Source of the DNA: a candidate division FCPU426 bacterium
GTDB taxonomy: Bacteria; Oederibacteriota; PGYV01; Palsa-1178
Direction of reading: 5' to 3'
Assembly: GCA_963840035.1 (NCBI GenBank)
Contig: CAWIXE010000003.1
Span: 160,001-224,000 of the forward strand
DNA length: 64,000 nt
Shown here: one piece after another, positions 27,271-39,247 of the stretch
How positions within the stretch are numbered: position 1 is the first letter of the stretch
Layout of the letters: each line of letters begins with the position of its first letter
Position numbers and translations under genes: made by a program
The notes under the pieces: model-generated
What the model saw: only the letters and a program-made list of their open reading frames with translations
The model's database searches: none
What the model was told of the DNA's origin: nothing

Positions 27271-28539
27271 ATGAAGTGGGAAGTAAAAGACGAGAAAAAT
27301 TGCAAAAAAGTAATAGATGTTGTTGTTGAAAAGGAAAAAGTGGAAGCGGTTCAGGCGAAGGTTTTTGAGTCATTTAAAAACCATGCCAGGATAGACGGAT
27401 ACAGGAAGGGCAAAGTGCCGGAAGACCAGATAAAGACTAAATTCAAAAAGGATATGGAAGAAGAAGTCATAAAAGAACTCGTGCCTGACACTTATGCCGA
27501 GGTCATAAAGGCCCTTAACCTTCACCTGGTGACTTACCCGATATTAAAGGACGTCAAATATGAAGGCGAAGGAATAAAGTATCAGATCGTCGTTGAGGTA
27601 AACCCGGAGTTCACCCTTAAAGATTATAAGAAGATGAAAATAGACGACAAGAAGCTTAAAGAAGTGACTGATGCCGATGTCACAAGGGAACTTGACAGGC
27701 TGCGCCAATACAGGGGCAAACTGAAGGATTCAGTGGACATAGTGGCTAAAGAGGGCCATTATGTAACCATTTCCATGGCCGGTTTTGTGGACGGCAAGGC
27801 TGAAGCGGCAATGACATCCGAGTCGCAGTTTTTAAGGATAGGCGCAGGCTCCATGGTCAAGGACCTGGAGGACGGAATTATTAAGATGAAGATTGGCGAG
27901 GAAAAGGAAATAAAAGTTAAGTTCCCCGCTGACTACTTTGAGAAAAAATTCGCGGGCAAGCACGCGGAGTTTAAGGTAAAGCTTAAGGGAATAAAGGAAC
28001 TGGAGCTCCCGGAGCTTACTGACGCTTTTGCAAAGGAAATAAGCGGCAAGGAAACAGTGGCTGAATTAAAGGCGCTCATCAAGGAAAACCTTACAAAGCA
28101 GGCCGTTGACGAGATAAGGAATTCCAAAGTGGACCAGATAGTCACCAAACTCCTTGAAATGCACCAGTTTGAGCTTCCCGCGGGCCTCGTTGAAGAGGAA
28201 ATAAATAACGTCATAAGCAGGTATTCGTCAAACCTTTCACAGCAGGGTTTAAGCCTTAAGAGCCTTGGGATGTCCATGGATGACCTCAGGGTAAAAAGCA
28301 GGCCGCAGGCGGAAAATAATTTAAAGACCATTTATATCCTGAGAAAAATAGCGGAAACAGAGAAGATTGACGTAACTGACGCCGACGTGGAAACCGAGAT
28401 CAAAAGGATCGCGGAAGAGACTAAGGATAACGCGGATAATATGATAAAGCAGGCAAAAGCACGCGGCAGCTGGGATGCTTTGAAGTCAAAACTGCTGGAA
28501 GATAAGGTTGTAGAAAGTTTAATGACAATAGGAAAGTAG
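27271..28539 (+). CDS. tig: Trigger factor
   Basis: GYRKGKVP ribosome-binding motif, FKBP domain, synteny with clpPX-lon. Confidence 0.95.
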   Translation: MKWEVKDEKNCKKVIDVVVEKEKVEAVQAKVFESFKNHARIDGYRKGKVPEDQIKTKFKKDMEEEVIKELVPDTYAEVIKALNLHLVTYPILKDVKYEGEGIKYQIVVEVNPEFTLKDYKKMKIDDKKLKEVTDADVTRELDRLRQYRGKLKDSVDIVAKEGHYVTISMAGFVDGKAEAAMTSESQFLRIGAGSMVKDLEDGIIKMKIGEEKEIKVKFPADYFEKKFAGKHAEFKVKLKGIKELELPELTDAFAKEISGKETVAELKALIKENLTKQAVDEIRNSKVDQIVTKLLEMHQFELPAGLVEEEINNVISRYSSNLSQQGLSLKSLGMSMDDLRVKSRPQAENNLKTIYILRKIAETEKIDVTDADVETEIKRIAEETKDNADNMIKQAKARGSWDALKSKLLEDKVVESLMTIGK

Positions 28540-28718
28540 AACTGTTAGCCATGGCCAATAAAGTTTAAGCCAATAGATGTGGCAAGCGGGATGGATCCCG
28601 CTTGGTGTGATAAAAGTCGCAAAGCGACACTATATGTAATGGCTATACGGATATTGGCTAATGGATAAGCAAATACTCTTTACAAGGAGAAAACATGAAA
28701 CACAAAGGAGAATTCAGG

Positions 28719-29315
28719 ATGAATCTAATACCGATGGTGGTGGAACAAAGCGAGCGCGGCGAGCGGGCCTATGATATATATTCAAGGCTGCTTAAAGAGC
28801 GCATCGTTTTTATCGGAACCCCGATAGATGATGACATATCAAATGTCATAATCGCCCAGCTTCTTTTTCTGGACGGAGAGGACCCCGGCAAGGAAATATC
28901 CATTTACGTCAACAGCCCCGGAGGCGTCGTAAGCGCGGGACTTGCCATATATGATACTATGCAGTTCATCAAATCACCGTGTTCCACTATCTGCGTGGGA
29001 CAGGCCGCCAGCATGGCAGCTGTGCTTTTGACCGCGGGCGTTAAGGGCAAGCGCTATGCTCTTCCTAACTCAAGGGTTTTGATACACCAGCCCATGGGCG
29101 GAGCGCAGGGGCAGGCTTCAGACATAGACATACAGGCCAAGGAAATAATGAAGTTAAGGGAAAGGCTGAATAAAATACTTTCAAAGCATACCGGACAGAC
29201 CCTGAAAAAGATTGAAAAAGACACTGACCGTGATTATTACATGAGCGCTGAAGAGGCGAAGGAATACGGGATTGTGGATGAAATAATTGAGACAAGAAAG
29301 GTGATTCAAAAATGA
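28719..29315 (+). CDS. clpP: ATP-dependent Clp protease proteolytic subunit
   Basis: [21 protein letters not shown]. An alternative in-frame start at 28695 also has an RBS. Confidence 0.97.
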   Translation: MNLIPMVVEQSERGERAYDIYSRLLKERIVFIGTPIDDDISNVIIAQLLFLDGEDPGKEISIYVNSPGGVVSAGLAIYDTMQFIKSPCSTICVGQAASMAAVLLTAGVKGKRYALPNSRVLIHQPMGGAQGQASDIDIQAKEIMKLRERLNKILSKHTGQTLKKIEKDTDRDYYMSAEEAKEYGIVDEIIETRKVIQK

Positions 29316-30517
29316 ACAAGTGTTCTTTTTGCGGAAAAAAGGAAAAAGAGGCGGGAAAACTCATAGTCTCTGACGGAGCTGCCATATGCAATGAATGCGC
29401 CGCCGTATTTTCACGCATGGAAAGCGTGGAAAAGGAAAATAGTTCCGGGCCTGAAGTGCTGCCCACGCCAAAAGAGATAAAGGCAAAACTGGACGACTAC
29501 GTCATATCGCAGGATAAAGCCAAAAAGGTATTATCCGTGGCTGTTTATAACCACTATAAAAGGATTTTTTCCAAGGATAAGGGCGGGGTGGAGCTGGAAA
29601 AAAGCAACATCATGCTGATCGGGCCGACCGGTTCCGGAAAAACACTTCTGGCGGAAACCCTGGCAAGGATACTTCATGTGCCGTTTGCCATTTCTGACGC
29701 GACAACATTGACCGAAGCGGGATATGTAGGCGAGGATGTTGAAAACATACTTCTGAGGCTTCTTGAAAACGCCAACTTTAATGTTGAGGCGGCGCAGAAG
29801 GGCATTATTTACATAGACGAAATAGATAAGATAGCGAAAAAATCGGAAAATATTTCCATAACCCGGGATGTATCCGGGGAGGGCGTACAGCAGGCGCTTT
29901 TAAAAATAATAGAAGGCACCACGGCAAATGTGCCGCCCAAGGGCGGACGAAAACATCCGTATCAGGAATATATCAAAATTGACACAAAAAATATACTTTT
30001 TATAATTGGCGGGGCTTTTGTCGGGCTTGATAAGATAGTCAAGAAAAGGATAGACAGGAAAGTCTTCGGGTATAAAGGCGGCACAGAGACGGAAAAGATG
30101 ACAAAATTCGAGATTTTATCCGAAACTCTGCCTGCGGATTTAATCAAGTTTGGCCTGATTCCCGAGTTTATAGGCAGGGTGCCCATATTAGCTTCGCTTT
30201 CTGAGTTAAACGAAGCCGACCTTGTCCATATCCTTGACAAGCCGAAAAACGCCATCTTAAAGCAGTATGAAAAGATGCTCTCCATGGAAGGCGTTGAGCT
30301 GAAGTTCATGGACGAAGCCAAGCAGGAAGTGGCTGCCGAGGCCGTGAAAAAAGAAATCGGAGCCAGGGGACTCCGGGCCATTATAGAAGGAGTCATGATA
30401 GACATCATGTATGAGATACCTTCGATGAAGGGCGTCAAGCAGGTTGTCATAGACAGGGATATAATTAAGGGGAAAAAGGACAGGCTATCAGCTATAGTAA
30501 AAGAAAAAAGCGCGTGA
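29312..30517 (+). CDS. clpX: ClpX ATPase
   Basis: CSFC zinc finger, [25 protein letters not shown]. Confidence 0.97.
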   Translation: MNKCSFCGKKEKEAGKLIVSDGAAICNECAAVFSRMESVEKENSSGPEVLPTPKEIKAKLDDYVISQDKAKKVLSVAVYNHYKRIFSKDKGGVELEKSNIMLIGPTGSGKTLLAETLARILHVPFAISDATTLTEAGYVGEDVENILLRLLENANFNVEAAQKGIIYIDEIDKIAKKSENISITRDVSGEGVQQALLKIIEGTTANVPPKGGRKHPYQEYIKIDTKNILFIIGGAFVGLDKIVKKRIDRKVFGYKGGTETEKMTKFEILSETLPADLIKFGLIPEFIGRVPILASLSELNEADLVHILDKPKNAILKQYEKMLSMEGVELKFMDEAKQEVAAEAVKKEIGARGLRAIIEGVMIDIMYEIPSMKGVKQVVIDRDIIKGKKDRLSAIVKEKSA

Positions 30518-30525
30518 GGTGATAT

Positions 30526-32916
30526 ATGGCAGATGAAACAATAGGCAAGGAACAGGAAAAAAAGCCGATGATTAAGAGCGGAAAAATGCCGTTATTGGCT
30601 TTGAGGGACCTTGTGATATTTCCGAACATGGTTATTCCTCTGTTCGTCGGCAGGGAAAAATCCATTAAAGCCCTCGAGGCGGCAATGGAGCGCGACAGGA
30701 TTATATTCCTTGTGGCGCAGAAAGACGCCAGGACTGATAATCCGGGCAAGGAAGAAATATATAATACAGGGACATTATCCGAGATACTGCAGATATTAAA
30801 ACTTCCGGACGGCGCCATCAGGGTGCTCGTGGAAGGCTTAACAAGGGTTAAGATAAAGAATTACGTGCAGGAAGACCCGTTTTTTGAAGTGGAGACCGAC
30901 GAGGTCCATGAGCAGGACATGAAGGACAAGGAAACAGAGGCTATGATGCGCCTTGTCATGGATGAGTTCCAGAAACATGTGAAGATGAACAAAAAAATAC
31001 CGCCAGAGACAACCATGTCGGTATCCGAGATAGATTCTCCCGGAAGGCTCGCAGACGTCATTGCCGCGCATATATTTTTAAAGCATGAGGAAAAGCAGGA
31101 ATTGCTCGAGACCGAAGAACCGAAAAAAAGGCTCCAGAAGATGTCGGAGATACTCCAGCGCGAGAATGAAATACTTGAGATTGAAAGAAAAATACAGGTA
31201 AAGGTAAAAAGCCAGCTTGAAAAATCACAAAAGGAATACTACCTGTCAGAGCAGTTAAAAGCAATACAAAAAGAGCTCGGCAAGGGAGACGCCTCATATA
31301 ATGAGCTTGAAGAGCTTAAGGAAAAAATAAAAAAATCAAAAATGCCCAAAGAAGGCGAAGAAAAGGCCCTTAAGGAACTTTCACGCCTTGAAAAAATGAT
31401 GCCCATGTCGGCTGAAGCCACGGTCATCAGGACATATCTGGACTGGCTTATCGCGCTTCCGTGGAACACAAAGACAAAAGACAAGATAGATATGAAGCAC
31501 GTGCAGGACGTGCTTGATGAGGACCATTACGGACTGGAAAAACCCAAGGAAAGGATAGTTGAATACCTTGCTGTGAAGAAGAACATGAAAGACAAGCCTG
31601 AAAAAGCCCAGGACCCTATTTTGTGCCTGGTAGGACCTCCGGGCGTGGGTAAAACATCGCTGGCAAAGTCAATAGCCCGCGCCATGGGCCGCAGTTTTGT
31701 GCGCCTGTCACTGGGCGGCGTGCGCGACGAAGCTGAGATAAGGGGCCACAGAAGGACTTATATCGGGGCCCTTCCGGGAAGGATAATACAGTCCATAAGG
31801 AAAGCCAAGTCAAAAAACCCATTATTTCTTATGGATGAGGTTGATAAGATGTCCTCGGATTTCAGGGGAGACCCGGCCGCGGCCCTTCTTGAAGTGCTCG
31901 ACCCGGAGCAGAACAACACGTTCATGGACCATTACCTTGATACTGAGTTTGACTTATCCGACGTAATGTTTATCACGACGGCAAATACCCTCTACGGCAT
32001 ACCGCTGCCGCTTCAGGACAGGATGGAGATAATAGAAATAAACAGCTACACCGAGCATGAGAAAATGAACATAGTAAAAAGGTTCATCATACCCAGGCAG
32101 CTTAAGATGCACGGGCTTACTGACAAAGATGTTGAGATAAAAGATGACGCGATAAAGGCGATAATTAACAGTTACACCAAAGAAGCCGGAGTCAGGAACA
32201 TGGAACGGGAAGTAAAAGCCATATGCAGGAAAGTGGCAAAGGCCATGGTCATGGAAGAGAAGAAATTTAAGAGGATAACCGTCAGCAATGAGAACATACA
32301 GAAATATCTTGGTGTCGCGAAATACATGGACGTGCCAACAAAGGACGTCAATGACGTAGGCACAGCTACAGGCATGGCGTGGACCGAAGTGGGCGGGGAC
32401 GTGCTTGTTATAGAAGTCACCACCATGAAAGGCAAGGGCGGTCTGCTTTTGACCGGAAAGCTCGGGGATGTCATGAAGGAATCCGCGCAGGCCGCTTTAA
32501 GCTATGCCAGGGCAAAAGCGAAAAAGTTTGGCATCAGGGAAGAGGTTTTTGCTAAAACTGACATACACGTGCACGTTCCCGAAGGCGCCATACCGAAGGA
32601 CGGGCCATCCGCGGGGATAACAATGGCCACCGCGATAATTTCGGCGTTTACAGGCAGGCCGGTTAAAAAAATGCTTTCGATGACAGGCGAGATAACGCTC
32701 CGCGGCAGGGTGCTGCCCATAGGCGGCCTTAAGGAAAAGGCCCTGGCCGCGCAGAGGAACGGAATTAAAGAAGTGATAATACCTTTTTATAACAAAAAGG
32801 ATTTCGAGGAACTTCCGGATTATGTTAAAAAAACCATGAAATTCTATTTTGTAAAGACAATGGACGAGGTCATAAAGATAGCACTTGAAACGCCGGCTTC
32901 AGGCAAAAAAAGGTAA
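30526..32916 (+). CDS. lon: Lon protease
   Basis: [22 protein letters not shown]. Confidence 0.97.
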   Translation: MADETIGKEQEKKPMIKSGKMPLLALRDLVIFPNMVIPLFVGREKSIKALEAAMERDRIIFLVAQKDARTDNPGKEEIYNTGTLSEILQILKLPDGAIRVLVEGLTRVKIKNYVQEDPFFEVETDEVHEQDMKDKETEAMMRLVMDEFQKHVKMNKKIPPETTMSVSEIDSPGRLADVIAAHIFLKHEEKQELLETEEPKKRLQKMSEILQRENEILEIERKIQVKVKSQLEKSQKEYYLSEQLKAIQKELGKGDASYNELEELKEKIKKSKMPKEGEEKALKELSRLEKMMPMSAEATVIRTYLDWLIALPWNTKTKDKIDMKHVQDVLDEDHYGLEKPKERIVEYLAVKKNMKDKPEKAQDPILCLVGPPGVGKTSLAKSIARAMGRSFVRLSLGGVRDEAEIRGHRRTYIGALPGRIIQSIRKAKSKNPLFLMDEVDKMSSDFRGDPAAALLEVLDPEQNNTFMDHYLDTEFDLSDVMFITTANTLYGIPLPLQDRMEIIEINSYTEHEKMNIVKRFIIPRQLKMHGLTDKDVEIKDDAIKAIINSYTKEAGVRNMEREVKAICRKVAKAMVMEEKKFKRITVSNENIQKYLGVAKYMDVPTKDVNDVGTATGMAWTEVGGDVLVIEVTTMKGKGGLLLTGKLGDVMKESAQAALSYARAKAKKFGIREEVFAKTDIHVHVPEGAIPKDGPSAGITMATAIISAFTGRPVKKMLSMTGEITLRGRVLPIGGLKEKALAAQRNGIKEVIIPFYNKKDFEELPDYVKKTMKFYFVKTMDEVIKIALETPASGKKR

Positions 32917-33040
32917 ATACTGGAGCATCCATCCAGGATATTTGATGGATTAAAAAAGTCTGCCGGGGCGCTTTAAACGGATTGATTTTGGTGGCGTGAA
33001 ATTTTACCCGGCCGGTTAAAAATTTAGCAGGAGGCCGGAT

Positions 33041-34483
33041 ATCAGCACATCAAAGATAATCGCGATAAATATATCCAGCCAGGCGGCAACTATGCTTTTT
33101 GGCAGGATATTTGGGGCCGTCGCAAGCGTGGCCCTTATAAGGTATCTTGGCGCGGAAAAGCAAGGGTTATATTCATATATAATAAACACAATATTTCTCT
33201 TCGGTTTTTTTGCCGAATTTGGCATTACTAGCATACTTATACGCGAGATGAAGATAAGCGGGAGTAACGGCGGGAAATTGTTAGGCAACGCCATAGCAAT
33301 ACAGGCGGTGCAGCTTGTGCTGTCGGTTGTTTTAGTGGCGGCATATACATTCCTTTTGGAAGGCAAGCATGAGATACGGCCGACTATGATGCTGGCGGTC
33401 TTTTCTTTTATGCTGCTCTACCTGGCAAATCCTTTCCAGGCCACCCTCAACAGCTATGAAAAAATGTACATAACCGGACTGATAGCCGGGATATCTTCCA
33501 TAATCAACGCGGCCATGATCTTTACCGCAATATATTTTAAGATGGACATAAACAAAATCATTATTCTGTTGGGCATATCGAACCTGATAAACGTTATATT
33601 GTCAGTTATCATGTGCAATAAATTCGCGGTCTATCCGGTGTTCAAGTTTGAAAAGGAACTGTTGTTTAAGCTGCTGAAGTACAGCTTGCCGCTGGGTATT
33701 ATCGGGGTGTTTAATTATATTTTTCTAAAGGTGGACGTGTTTTTGCTCTTTAGATTTGTCGAACAGGCGCAGGTTGGATATTATTCGGCTGTAACCAGGA
33801 TACTTGATATTGTTACAAGCGCCATGCTGGTCATAATCCTGCCATTTTATCCGAGATTCTCATATGTTTTCAGCACCGACAGCGCGGAAAAAGGCATCAG
33901 GATAGTGAACCTGTCGCTTAAGTACATTATATTCCTGACAGCCCCGTTTGTGCTTATGGTCTCGTTTTTTAGCGGCGAATACGCGATGCTGATATTGGGG
34001 AAAAAATTTACCGAGTCGGGGCCTATACTCGGGATTCTCATATGGTCCATTCTTGTGCTGCCGTTGGGTTCCATTTTTAGTTATGCCATTGTTGCGGTAA
34101 GGCTGACAAAGGCGCTTACTTTTGTAATGGCTGCGGTAGCAACTATTAATGTGTGCATGAACATTATTTTAATACCTCGTTTTGGCATAACAGCAACTGC
34201 CGTATTGGACGTTGTGTCTAAATTTCTCGCATTTCTAGGGGCTTTCATGATCTTTAACATGAAAGTAGGCAAAAGCGGGTTGTTGTCATTCGCCGCGAGC
34301 GTCGTGGCAGGTATGGCCGTAATGCTGGCTGTAATGTGGCTGGCAGGGCCGCGGATAAATTACATACTGGCTTCCATATCGGGTGGAGCCGCATATGTGG
34401 CCACCCTGGTCGCTCTTAAGTATTTTGGACGGGGCGAGTATGACATCGTCCGGAATATATTTAAAAAAACAAAGCCTGTTTAA
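33041..34483 (+). CDS. wzx: Wzx-type polysaccharide flippase (probable ATC start; first ATG at 33092)
   Basis: RYLGAEKQGLYS, GYYSAV, many TM segments. AGGAGG at 33029-33034 lies 6 nt before an in-frame ATC. Confidence 0.85.
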   Translation: MSTSKIIAINISSQAATMLFGRIFGAVASVALIRYLGAEKQGLYSYIINTIFLFGFFAEFGITSILIREMKISGSNGGKLLGNAIAIQAVQLVLSVVLVAAYTFLLEGKHEIRPTMMLAVFSFMLLYLANPFQATLNSYEKMYITGLIAGISSIINAAMIFTAIYFKMDINKIIILLGISNLINVILSVIMCNKFAVYPVFKFEKELLFKLLKYSLPLGIIGVFNYIFLKVDVFLLFRFVEQAQVGYYSAVTRILDIVTSAMLVIILPFYPRFSYVFSTDSAEKGIRIVNLSLKYIIFLTAPFVLMVSFFSGEYAMLILGKKFTESGPILGILIWSILVLPLGSIFSYAIVAVRLTKALTFVMAAVATINVCMNIILIPRFGITATAVLDVVSKFLAFLGAFMIFNMKVGKSGLLSFAASVVAGMAVMLAVMWLAGPRINYILASISGGAAYVATLVALKYFGRGEYDIVRNIFKKTKPV

Positions 34484-34492
34484 AGGGGTACC

Positions 34493-35638
34493 ATGAAGCC
34501 GGAAATCCGGAAAAAGGTACTAATCATAAGCGGTACCGCGGTAATCAGCGGGGCGGAATATGTCCTGGCTGATTACTTAAAAGCCACATCATTTAAAAGC
34601 GGCATAATGATTCTGCATTCCGACATCCCGGACGTTAACAAATTTTATTCCGGCCTGGGGGTAAAAACAAAGGCTTGCGCCTTTTTAAATCCGTCAGGTG
34701 CGGACAAGACGAGGGGAATTATGCCGGTTATAATAAAGGTTTTCAGGTATGTGACGGCAGTTATTAACCTGCCTTTCATAATAATTTCAAGCGGCGCTGA
34801 AAAAGTTGCCGGAAACAATACCGGGGACGCCGTGTATTCACCGGCGGCTTTCTTCACAGGAAGAAAGTTCATCAGCCATGTGCATGATATTATGGATAAA
34901 AAGTCGCTTACTTCCGCCGCGGTAAGGCTGCTTGACGTTTTTGTCTGGAAATACGTGGCAGTATCAGGGGCGGTAAAGGCATCGCTGGCCGACATGGGTA
35001 TTGTCCCCGCAAAAATAACCACGGTATATAACGGCGTTAATGCGGCTGCAGGGCTGAAAAAGAAAAAGGCGGCCACCGCAATCTCAATTGCGTTCGCGGG
35101 AAACATTGAAGACAGGAAAAACCCGCTGGAATTTGTGCGCTTTATTAATTACTTAAATAAGGCCGGGATTGTGGCAAATGGAAAAATAGCGTGCGCCAAT
35201 GTGCCGGATGAGGCGCTGATGGAAAAGCTGAAAGACGAGGTAAAACAAGGCGGCGGCGCCGTAAAAATACTGGGAAAGGTTAGCAGGGATAAAATGGACG
35301 GTTTTTATGCATCCGCCGACTACCTTATGGTAACAAGTATAAGCGACCCGCTGCCTACAGTTGTTATCGAGGCTTTCAATAAAGGCGTGCCGGTAATCGG
35401 AAAGCGTTCCGGAGGGCTGCCTGAAATGATCCGTGACGGGTATAACGGATTTTTATACGGATCGGACTCGGATTTTAAGGGGCTAGCCGGAAAACTCATG
35501 GCTATAAAAAGCGCGGCATATGCGGGGTTCCGGCAAAACGCGCTGGATACGGTAAAGGAAAAATTCGCACTCGGCATGAAAACGGATAAAATGGACGCTA
35601 TATTTTTCAAAGAAGAAAGGCCGGCTGGAAAAAGATGA
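34493..35638 (+). CDS. GT4 glycosyltransferase
   Basis: DPLPTVVIEA...GVPVI...GGLPEMI. Confidence 0.88.
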   Translation: MKPEIRKKVLIISGTAVISGAEYVLADYLKATSFKSGIMILHSDIPDVNKFYSGLGVKTKACAFLNPSGADKTRGIMPVIIKVFRYVTAVINLPFIIISSGAEKVAGNNTGDAVYSPAAFFTGRKFISHVHDIMDKKSLTSAAVRLLDVFVWKYVAVSGAVKASLADMGIVPAKITTVYNGVNAAAGLKKKKAATAISIAFAGNIEDRKNPLEFVRFINYLNKAGIVANGKIACANVPDEALMEKLKDEVKQGGGAVKILGKVSRDKMDGFYASADYLMVTSISDPLPTVVIEAFNKGVPVIGKRSGGLPEMIRDGYNGFLYGSDSDFKGLAGKLMAIKSAAYAGFRQNALDTVKEKFALGMKTDKMDAIFFKEERPAGKR

Positions 35639-36636
35639 AGAAAAAAGTGCTTGTGATAAAACTGTGCTGTATTGGCGACATAATACAGATGACACCGGCT
35701 TTAAGGGCTGTAAAAAAGTCCGGAGATGAAGTGCACCTGCTTTGCGCTCCATGGGTGAATGATGTCGCCGGCATGGTGCCTTTTATAGATAAAAAATATA
35801 ATCTTGACCAGAAAGACCCTTTTTCGATTGTTATGGCAATAATTGCCCTGCGCAGGGAGAAATACGACCTTATAATAAACTTTCACAGGGATTTCAAGTC
35901 CTATATTTTCGCGTTTTTGGCCGGGGCGAAAAGCAGGGCTGGATTTAACTGGAAAGGCCAGGGGCTCTTCATAGACCGCTCTTTTGTATTTGATGAAAAT
36001 GAGCATGAGTCAAGAAGGTACCTGTCAATTACACAAGGCCTCGGGTATAAGACCGCGGGTTTTAACACGGAGCTAAAAGCCCCGGCGGTTATTCGTGAAA
36101 AAACAGCCACGAAAATGATAGGCCTTTTCCCCGGGGGCGGAAAGAATCCCGGGACCGTCATGACCACTAAACGCTGGCCTGTGGAAAATTTTATCCGGCT
36201 CGCGCAGGGCCTGGGCAGGTGTGAGACGCATATTTTCGGAGGCGCGACTGATTCGGATGTGGTTTCAGCGCTTAAAAAGGCACTGCCTTCAGCCGTGGTT
36301 GAGAACACAAATAATCTTAAGGAACTGGCAGTAAGGATATCGGCCATGGATGTTTTTGTCGCGGGTGACACCGGGCCGCTCCATATGTCCGCGGCGCTAG
36401 GGGTAAAGACGGTGGGGCTTTTTGGGCCGACTTCGCCGGAACTTGTAGGGCCGCCGGGAAAACATGTCATAAACCTGTGGGGAAAAACAGCGTGCGCGCC
36501 GTGTTACGTTCCGGGGACCGTGCATAAAAAGGAATTTTTAAAGTGCGCTGATAACAGGTGCATGAAAGCTGTTACCGTGGAAAAAACCATCGCCGCGGTG
36601 AAGAAACTGCTTAAAATAAAACGTAATGCCCGATAA
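35635..36636 (+). CDS. GT9 heptosyltransferase-like glycosyltransferase
   Basis: IGDIIQMTP, KRWP, DTGPLHMSAA, LFGPT. Confidence 0.9.
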   Translation: MKKKVLVIKLCCIGDIIQMTPALRAVKKSGDEVHLLCAPWVNDVAGMVPFIDKKYNLDQKDPFSIVMAIIALRREKYDLIINFHRDFKSYIFAFLAGAKSRAGFNWKGQGLFIDRSFVFDENEHESRRYLSITQGLGYKTAGFNTELKAPAVIREKTATKMIGLFPGGGKNPGTVMTTKRWPVENFIRLAQGLGRCETHIFGGATDSDVVSALKKALPSAVVENTNNLKELAVRISAMDVFVAGDTGPLHMSAALGVKTVGLFGPTSPELVGPPGKHVINLWGKTACAPCYVPGTVHKKEFLKCADNRCMKAVTVEKTIAAVKKLLKIKRNAR

Positions 36637-36648
36637 AAGGAGCCCTGA

Positions 36649-37743
36649 ATGAAGGTTGCCGTAATACACGACTGGCTTACAGGAATAAGAGGAGGGGAAA
36701 AGGTTTTAGAACAGATACTTCTTCTTTTTCCGGAATCTGATATATTTACGCTGATTTGCGATAAAGAGAAAATCCCGCCGGAGATTAAGAGACACTCGAT
36801 TACTGCTTCTTTTCTTCAGCATATACCAGGGATAATGAAGTCATACAGGAATTTCCTGCCTTTTTTCCCGGCTGCAATTGAAAGTTTTAACCTCAAAGGT
36901 TATGACCTTATAGTATCATCAAGCCATTGCGCGGCTAAATCAGTAAAAAAGCCCGAAGGCGCCGTCCATTTCTGTTATTGCCATACCCCGATGAGGTACG
37001 CCTGGGACCAGTTCCCCAATTATTTTTCCCCTGAGAGGAACGGCAAATTAAAATACGCCATTATTTCCGCCATAATGCCCTTTCTTAAGGAATGGGACAA
37101 AAAGACCTCTTCAAGGGTGGATTACTACATGGCAAATTCTTCGGCGGTAAAGGGACGCATCAGGGATTATTACGCGAGGGAGAGCGAAGTTGTCTGCCCG
37201 CCGGTTAATACGGATTTTTATACTCCCGGCGGGGTAAAGGAAGATTTTTACCTCATGGTTTCCGCGATGACAGAATATAAAAAAGTTGATTATGCGGTGG
37301 ATATATTCAACAGGCTGCCTGATAAAAAGCTTCTTATAATAGGGGGAGGGCCGCTGCTGGACGGCATCAGAAAAAAAGCGGCTGCCAACATTGACGTCGC
37401 CGGCTACCGTACTGATGTGGAAATAAGAGACGCCTATAGGAAGGCAAAGGCGTTTATATTCCCGGGGGAAGAGGATTTTGGCATAACCATGGCTGAGTCG
37501 CTTGCCTGCGGAACCCCGGTGCTCGCGTTTAATAAGGGAGGAGCGCTTGACATAGTAACAGAGGGTTTGACAGGGGAGTTTTATGACGGCACGTCAGGGG
37601 ATTTCATAAAAACACTTGAGAAAATGAATGGTAAAAGGTATGATGTAGAAAAAATGAGGGCTTCGGCCCTGAGATTTTCCATAGATAATTTTAAGCACAA
37701 TTTTAAGGCTTTTTTGGCCAAAAACGGAGCGTTAATTGAATAA
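36649..37743 (+). CDS. GT4 glycosyltransferase (WbaZ-like)
   Basis: HDWLTGIRGGE, YCHTPMRYAW, EEDFGI..E. Confidence 0.9.
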   Translation: MKVAVIHDWLTGIRGGEKVLEQILLLFPESDIFTLICDKEKIPPEIKRHSITASFLQHIPGIMKSYRNFLPFFPAAIESFNLKGYDLIVSSSHCAAKSVKKPEGAVHFCYCHTPMRYAWDQFPNYFSPERNGKLKYAIISAIMPFLKEWDKKTSSRVDYYMANSSAVKGRIRDYYARESEVVCPPVNTDFYTPGGVKEDFYLMVSAMTEYKKVDYAVDIFNRLPDKKLLIIGGGPLLDGIRKKAAANIDVAGYRTDVEIRDAYRKAKAFIFPGEEDFGITMAESLACGTPVLAFNKGGALDIVTEGLTGEFYDGTSGDFIKTLEKMNGKRYDVEKMRASALRFSIDNFKHNFKAFLAKNGALIE

Positions 37744-39139
37744 GAAAACATTTCAGGACATCCTAAAAGCCGGGTTATTTGCCGGGGACGCGGTAATAAT
37801 TGCCGTATCGGTGCTGCTGGCGTATTATCTCCGGTTCTATGTGAAGCTTGTACCTTTAAAATACGGGATACCGCCGGTTACCGACTATGTATTCGCCATA
37901 CCGGTAATGCTCGCCATATTCCTGCTGGCTTTCAATTATGCGGGTCTTTACAGGATCGAGCGGGGACGTTCCAGGATAGATGAGTCCATTGCAGCCTTCC
38001 TGTCGGTGAGCGCCGGCATAATACTTCTCATATCATTTACCTTCTTTTTCAGGGAAGTATCATATTCCAGGATAGTCATAATGCACCTGTGGGCCTTATG
38101 CTCCATCCTCATAGTTCTATGGAGGCTGCTGTACAGGTCCATTTATTTATCCTTAAGCAGAAACGAGCTAATCATTCCCAGGATCATCATAATAGGGGCC
38201 ACTGAAGTGTCAAGGATGCTAATTGAGAGGCTCAAAAGGCAGCATGATAACGGCGGATACAGTATAGTCGGGGTGCTTGACGACAGGCTTAAAAAAGGCA
38301 GGAAATTCTGCGGCGAAGCTGTGCTCGGGAAGATTAAGGAACTTACTGCGCTGGCTGAAGAACAAAAGGTGGATGAGGTTTTCATGGGGCTATCAGACTA
38401 TGACAGGCGCAGGGTGGCGGATATAATACTTCAGAATGATAGAGTGAGGTTTTTGATAGCTTCCGACATAATGGGGATACTTACCAAAGCAGTGGATTAT
38501 GGTGAATTGTACGGCATTCCTGTCTTTTCCGTAAAGGATTTGCCGCTTAACAGTCCGTGGAACAGGTTTGTAAAGAGGGCTTTTGACATCGTATTTTCAC
38601 TTACTGCAATAATAGCACTTTCTCCGTTTCTTTTGGCTATAGCGCTGCTGGTAAAGGTTACCTCAAAAGGGCCTGTCCTTTACGGACAGGAGCGCTTAAG
38701 CAGGGGCAATAAGCCCTTTATAATGCTAAAGTTCAGGACCATGAAAGAGGATGCCGAGAAAAAAAGCGGCCCGGTATGGGCAAAAGCAGGCGACCCGAGA
38801 AGGACACCCATAGGCACGTTCCTCAGGAAGACATCCATAGACGAACTGCCGCAGCTGTTCAATGTGCTAAAAGGCGACATAAGCATGATAGGCCCGAGGT
38901 CCGAGAGGCCTCACTTTGTGGCAAAATTCAAGGAAGAGATACCGCGCTATATTGAACGCCACAGGGTCAAGGGCGGGCTTTCAGGATGGGCCCAGGTGAA
39001 CGGGCTGCGCGGAGATACATCGCTGGAAGAGCGGGTTAAGTACGACCTTTATTACATAGAAAACTGGAGTCTCTGGTTTGATATAAAAATCATCATTAAG
39101 ACGGTTCTGGAAATATTCCACCATACAACGGCGTATTAA
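37736..39139 (+). CDS. Undecaprenyl-phosphate glucose phosphotransferase (WcaJ-like)
   Basis: KRAFDI, KFRTM, DELPQLFNVL, GWAQV, DLYYIENWS. TTG start. Confidence 0.92.
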   Translation: MNKKTFQDILKAGLFAGDAVIIAVSVLLAYYLRFYVKLVPLKYGIPPVTDYVFAIPVMLAIFLLAFNYAGLYRIERGRSRIDESIAAFLSVSAGIILLISFTFFFREVSYSRIVIMHLWALCSILIVLWRLLYRSIYLSLSRNELIIPRIIIIGATEVSRMLIERLKRQHDNGGYSIVGVLDDRLKKGRKFCGEAVLGKIKELTALAEEQKVDEVFMGLSDYDRRRVADIILQNDRVRFLIASDIMGILTKAVDYGELYGIPVFSVKDLPLNSPWNRFVKRAFDIVFSLTAIIALSPFLLAIALLVKVTSKGPVLYGQERLSRGNKPFIMLKFRTMKEDAEKKSGPVWAKAGDPRRTPIGTFLRKTSIDELPQLFNVLKGDISMIGPRSERPHFVAKFKEEIPRYIERHRVKGGLSGWAQVNGLRGDTSLEERVKYDLYYIENWSLWFDIKIIIKTVLEIFHHTTAY

Positions 39140-39247
39140 GGCAGATAAAAGATAATTTTAAGTTTTTAGTTTTAAGATAGAAACGCTCCGTATTAATCTT
39201 AAAACTAAAAACTTAAAATTAAAAATCTAAAATGGAGGATTTACAAT

